This document shows, piece by piece, positions 29,578 through 32,000 of a DNA stretch of 32,000 nt (its first letter is position 1; every line of letters begins with the position of its first letter). Under the pieces are notes generated by a model that saw only the letters and a list, made by a program, of their open reading frames with translations, had not been told where the DNA came from and ran no database searches. The translations under genes and the position numbers were made by a program. Source of the DNA: Candidatus Saccharibacteria bacterium oral taxon 488 (GTDB lineage Bacteria; Patescibacteriota; Saccharimonadia; Saccharimonadales; Saccharimonadaceae); NCBI GenBank assembly GCA_010202845.1, contig CP047921.1, positions 690,001-722,000 on the forward strand. Reading direction: 5' to 3'.

Positions 29578-30129
29578 ATGAAACGAACAGCAATTATCAA
29601 TTCAGAAATCAAGGCCCGGTGCGCGGATCAAGAGTCGGTGCGCCACTATCTACGTGAGCACGGCGCGGACTTTAAGGGGACCGACCATCAAATTGACACG
29701 TATTTTCATGTACCCGAGGGGCGCCTGAAACTACGTCAAGGGCCGATCGAAAATAACCTTATCTTTTATCAGCGGGCCGATACCAATGGGCCAAAACAAT
29801 CGACTATCAACTTATCACCCGTGGCGCCGGACTCAACTATTGGCGAGGTGCTAACAGCGGCGCTTGGTGTGCGTGTGGTTGTTGATAAGCAGCGCGAGAT
29901 TTACTTCATCGACAATGTCAAGTTTCATATCGACACCGTTAAGGGTCTCGGGAATTTTGTCGAAATTGAAGCTATCGACACCGACGGTAAACGAAACGCC
30001 GAGGAGCTGGAGCAGCAATGCTCACACTACATGCGTGAACTTGGTATCAAGGATACGGATTTAGTGGTTGGCTCGTATAGTGATTTGCTGGAGGGTGCAG
30101 CTCTTTCCGAGTTAGCCGCAAACAATTGA
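29578..30129 (+). CDS. CYTH-domain protein / class IV (CyaB-like) adenylate cyclase
   Basis: 'NSEIKARC', 'HQIDTYFHVPEGRLKLRQ', 'LIFYQR', 'KQREIYFIDNVKFHIDTVKGLGNFVEIEA' fit the CyaB/CYTH pattern as I know it. GGAGG SD and TGcTATACT upstream. Confidence 0.7.
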   Translation: MKRTAIINSEIKARCADQESVRHYLREHGADFKGTDHQIDTYFHVPEGRLKLRQGPIENNLIFYQRADTNGPKQSTINLSPVAPDSTIGEVLTAALGVRVVVDKQREIYFIDNVKFHIDTVKGLGNFVEIEAIDTDGKRNAEELEQQCSHYMRELGIKDTDLVVGSYSDLLEGAALSELAANN

Positions 30130-30160
30130 CTAGTGACAGATAGCGTACACTGAGTTCACA

Positions 30161-30193
30161 AGAATATAAAACTACCCCCGATAGAGGGGGCAG
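30161..30193 (-). terminator. Rho-independent terminator after dnaK (possibly also serving the convergent CYTH gene)
   Basis: The minus strand reads CTGCCCCC-TCTATC-GGGGGTAG followed by TTTTATATTCTT. It lies between the convergent stops at 30129 and 30219. Confidence 0.75.
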
Positions 30194-30218
30194 TTCATGT
30201 TACGAGTTGGTGCCGAGA

Positions 30219-32000
30219 CTACTTCTCGTCAACCACCTCGCCCTCGACTGGCTCATCCTTGTCAGACTTTTTATCGTCCTTGGACTCATCAGTCTTGTTG
30301 TCCTCAGCAGCTTGCTGATACATCTTGGCGCCGATTGGCATGATGGCATCCTGCAGTGCTTTGGCTGCTGCTTCCAGCTCGTCTTTGTCGTCAGCGTCTT
30401 TGTGCTTTTCCGCTTCCTTAACCGCTTCGTCAATCGCCTTCTTGTCGTCGTCAGAAATCTTATCCTTAAACTCGTCTGGCATTTTCTTTGCCTGATAGAT
30501 GGCGTTTTCTAGCTGGTTTTTGGCGTCAACCGTTTCACGCTTTTTCTTGTCCTCGTCAGCGTGTAGTTCGGCTTCTTTCTGGGCTTTTTCAATATCTTCC
30601 TTACTCATGTTACCAGAGTTTTGGATGGTGATTGATTGCTCCTTGCCAGTACCCTTGTCCTTAGCCGTAACATTGAGGATGCCGTTAGCGTCGATATTGA
30701 ACGTCACTTCAATCTGCGGCACGCCGCGCGGTGCTGGCGCGATGCCGTCAAGCACAAAACGACCCAAACTCTTGTTGTCATTGGCAAATTCGCGCTCACC
30801 CTGCAAGACGTGAATCTCCACTTGCGGCTGGTTATCGGCAGCCGTCGAGAATACTTCGCTCTTGCTGGTCGGCACGGTGGTATTGCGCTCGATCAGCTTG
30901 GTCGACACACCGCCCATCGTCTCGATACCAAGACTGAGCGGCGTCACGTCCAGCAGCAGCACGTCCTTGACGTCGCCTGCCAACACGCCGCCTTGAATAG
31001 CTGCACCGACAGCCACCACTTCGTCTGGATTGACTCCCTGCATCGGGTCTTTGCCAAACAATTTCTTCACCCGCTCGACCACTGCTGGCATACGGGTCAT
31101 ACCGCCAACCATGACGACATTATTGATGTCAGATTTGCTGAGTTTGGCGTCTTTGAGCGCCTTCTCGACCGGACCGTCCAAACGCGCCAACAAATCTTTC
31201 ACCAAATCTTCCAACTTCGCCCGCGTCAGGCTCAGTTCAAAGTGCTTTGGCCCATCAGCATCAGCGGTGATGAATGGAATGTTAACTTCGTATTCAGTGA
31301 CTGTCGATAGCTCCTTCTTGGCCTTTTCGGCTTCGTCCTTCAGGCGCTGCATGGCTGCATTGTCTTTGCGTAGGTCGATGCCTTCTTTAGACTTAAAGTC
31401 ATCCAGGAAATAGTTAACGATGATATTGTCAAAGTCCTCACCGCCCAGGTGAGTGTCGCCATTCGTGGCCTTCACCTCAAACACGCCGTCGCCCAATTCC
31501 AACACCGACACGTCGAAGGTACCACCGCCAAGGTCAAACACCACGATAGTTTCGTCATTTTTGCCTTTCTCCAGGCCGTACGCCAAAGCAGCGGCCGTCG
31601 GCTCATTAATGATGCGCTTAACTTCCAGGCCGGCGATTTTACCAGCGTCTTTGGTCGCCTGGCGCTGCGAATCGTCAAAGTAGGCTGGCACGGTGATGAC
31701 TGCTTCGGTGACTTTTTCGCCGAGGAACGCCTCGGCGTCGGCCTTGATTTTGCCGAGAATCATGGCTGAAACTTCTTCTGGCGTGTATTCCTTGCCACCC
31801 ATTTCCACGGCCACACCCGCACCTTTCTTGACGATCTTAAACGGCATGAGGCCACGGTCTTTTTGGACTTCTTTGTCATCAAACTTACGGCCAATAAAGC
31901 GCTTGACACCATAAATTGTATTCTTTGGATTAGTCACACGCTGACGCTGCGCCACTTGTCCGACCAAGCGTTCGCCCTTTTTATTAATCGCTACCACTGA
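30219..32000 (-). CDS. dnaK: Molecular chaperone DnaK (Hsp70), 5' end beyond the window
   Basis: '[20 protein letters not shown]', '[12 protein letters not shown]', '[13 protein letters not shown]', C-terminal 'EGEVVDEK'. About 45 N-terminal residues are missing at the window edge. Confidence 0.95.
   Translation of the reverse strand, partial: SVVAINKKGERLVGQVAQRQRVTNPKNTIYGVKRFIGRKFDDKEVQKDRGLMPFKIVKKGAGVAVEMGGKEYTPEEVSAMILGKIKADAEAFLGEKVTEAVITVPAYFDDSQRQATKDAGKIAGLEVKRIINEPTAAALAYGLEKGKNDETIVVFDLGGGTFDVSVLELGDGVFEVKATNGDTHLGGEDFDNIIVNYFLDDFKSKEGIDLRKDNAAMQRLKDEAEKAKKELSTVTEYEVNIPFITADADGPKHFELSLTRAKLEDLVKDLLARLDGPVEKALKDAKLSKSDINNVVMVGGMTRMPAVVERVKKLFGKDPMQGVNPDEVVAVGAAIQGGVLAGDVKDVLLLDVTPLSLGIETMGGVSTKLIERNTTVPTSKSEVFSTAADNQPQVEIHVLQGEREFANDNKSLGRFVLDGIAPAPRGVPQIEVTFNIDANGILNVTAKDKGTGKEQSITIQNSGNMSKEDIEKAQKEAELHADEDKKKRETVDAKNQLENAIYQAKKMPDEFKDKISDDDKKAIDEAVKEAEKHKDADDKDELEAAAKALQDAIMPIGAKMYQQAAEDNKTDESKDDKKSDKDEPVEGEVVDEK

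Noticed and set aside
30636-31310. 224-aa plus-strand ORF antisense to dnaK; similarly 2836-3459 antisense to the MutY-like gene, 18080-18571, 18728-19198, 20461-20856 and 26883-27332
   Set aside because: All overlap well-supported minus-strand genes, and the translated products have no motifs. These are typical antisense frames.
1-32000. Scan for CRISPR arrays, IS elements or transposases, rRNA, toxin-antitoxin pairs and known defence-system signatures
   Set aside because: I noticed no regularly spaced direct repeats, terminal inverted repeats with a transposase ORF, rRNA-like sequence, or small paired ORFs with TA-like features. The only repeats are intragenic and protein-coding.

Overview
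Gene-dense window with about 32 protein genes and 1 tRNA, 28 of them on the minus strand. It looks like a reduced-genome, Gram-positive-type bacterium. My guess is a Patescibacteria/Saccharibacteria-like lineage, inferred only from gene content (lamin-tail-domain surface protein, minimal ComEC, CIRCE, ytxG/ytxH-like pair), not from any search.

Housekeeping backbone: aspS, ruvB, ruvA, a class A PBP, ruvC, yebC, comEC, tRNA-Lys(UUU), dnaJ and dnaK (the dnaK 5' end runs off the right edge).

Most interesting content:
1. A tight four-gene cassette at 25042->21347: a DUF1704/MATCAP-like HEXXXH...EGLA peptidase, a divergent ATP-grasp ligase, a DTGA retropepsin-like protease and canonical RimK. I read it as a possible write/erase system for protein C-terminal tails. 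A 1037-aa polytopic membrane protein lies directly upstream.
2. A near-perfect CIRCE operator fused to a leaderless dnaJ promoter. It is shared with a divergent CyaB-like CYTH gene that splits dnaK from dnaJ.
3. A pervasive (TGn)TATAAT-N6-10-ATG architecture at about half of the genes, implying leaderless mRNAs. Two of these -10 boxes are built around the stop codon of the preceding gene.
4. A membrane-anchored metzincin-like protease, the only plus-strand gene inside a fragmented yebC-ruvC-ruvA-ruvB cluster.
5. Cys-pair repeat modules at the C-termini of a two-LTD surface protein and of the PBP.
6. A cysteine-free, truncated MutY-like glycosylase.
7. A MerR-type 20-bp-spacer promoter with a palindromic operator driving an SDR gene.

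I saw no CRISPR array, rRNA, transposase or integrase. All family assignments come from motif recognition by eye; no database search was run.
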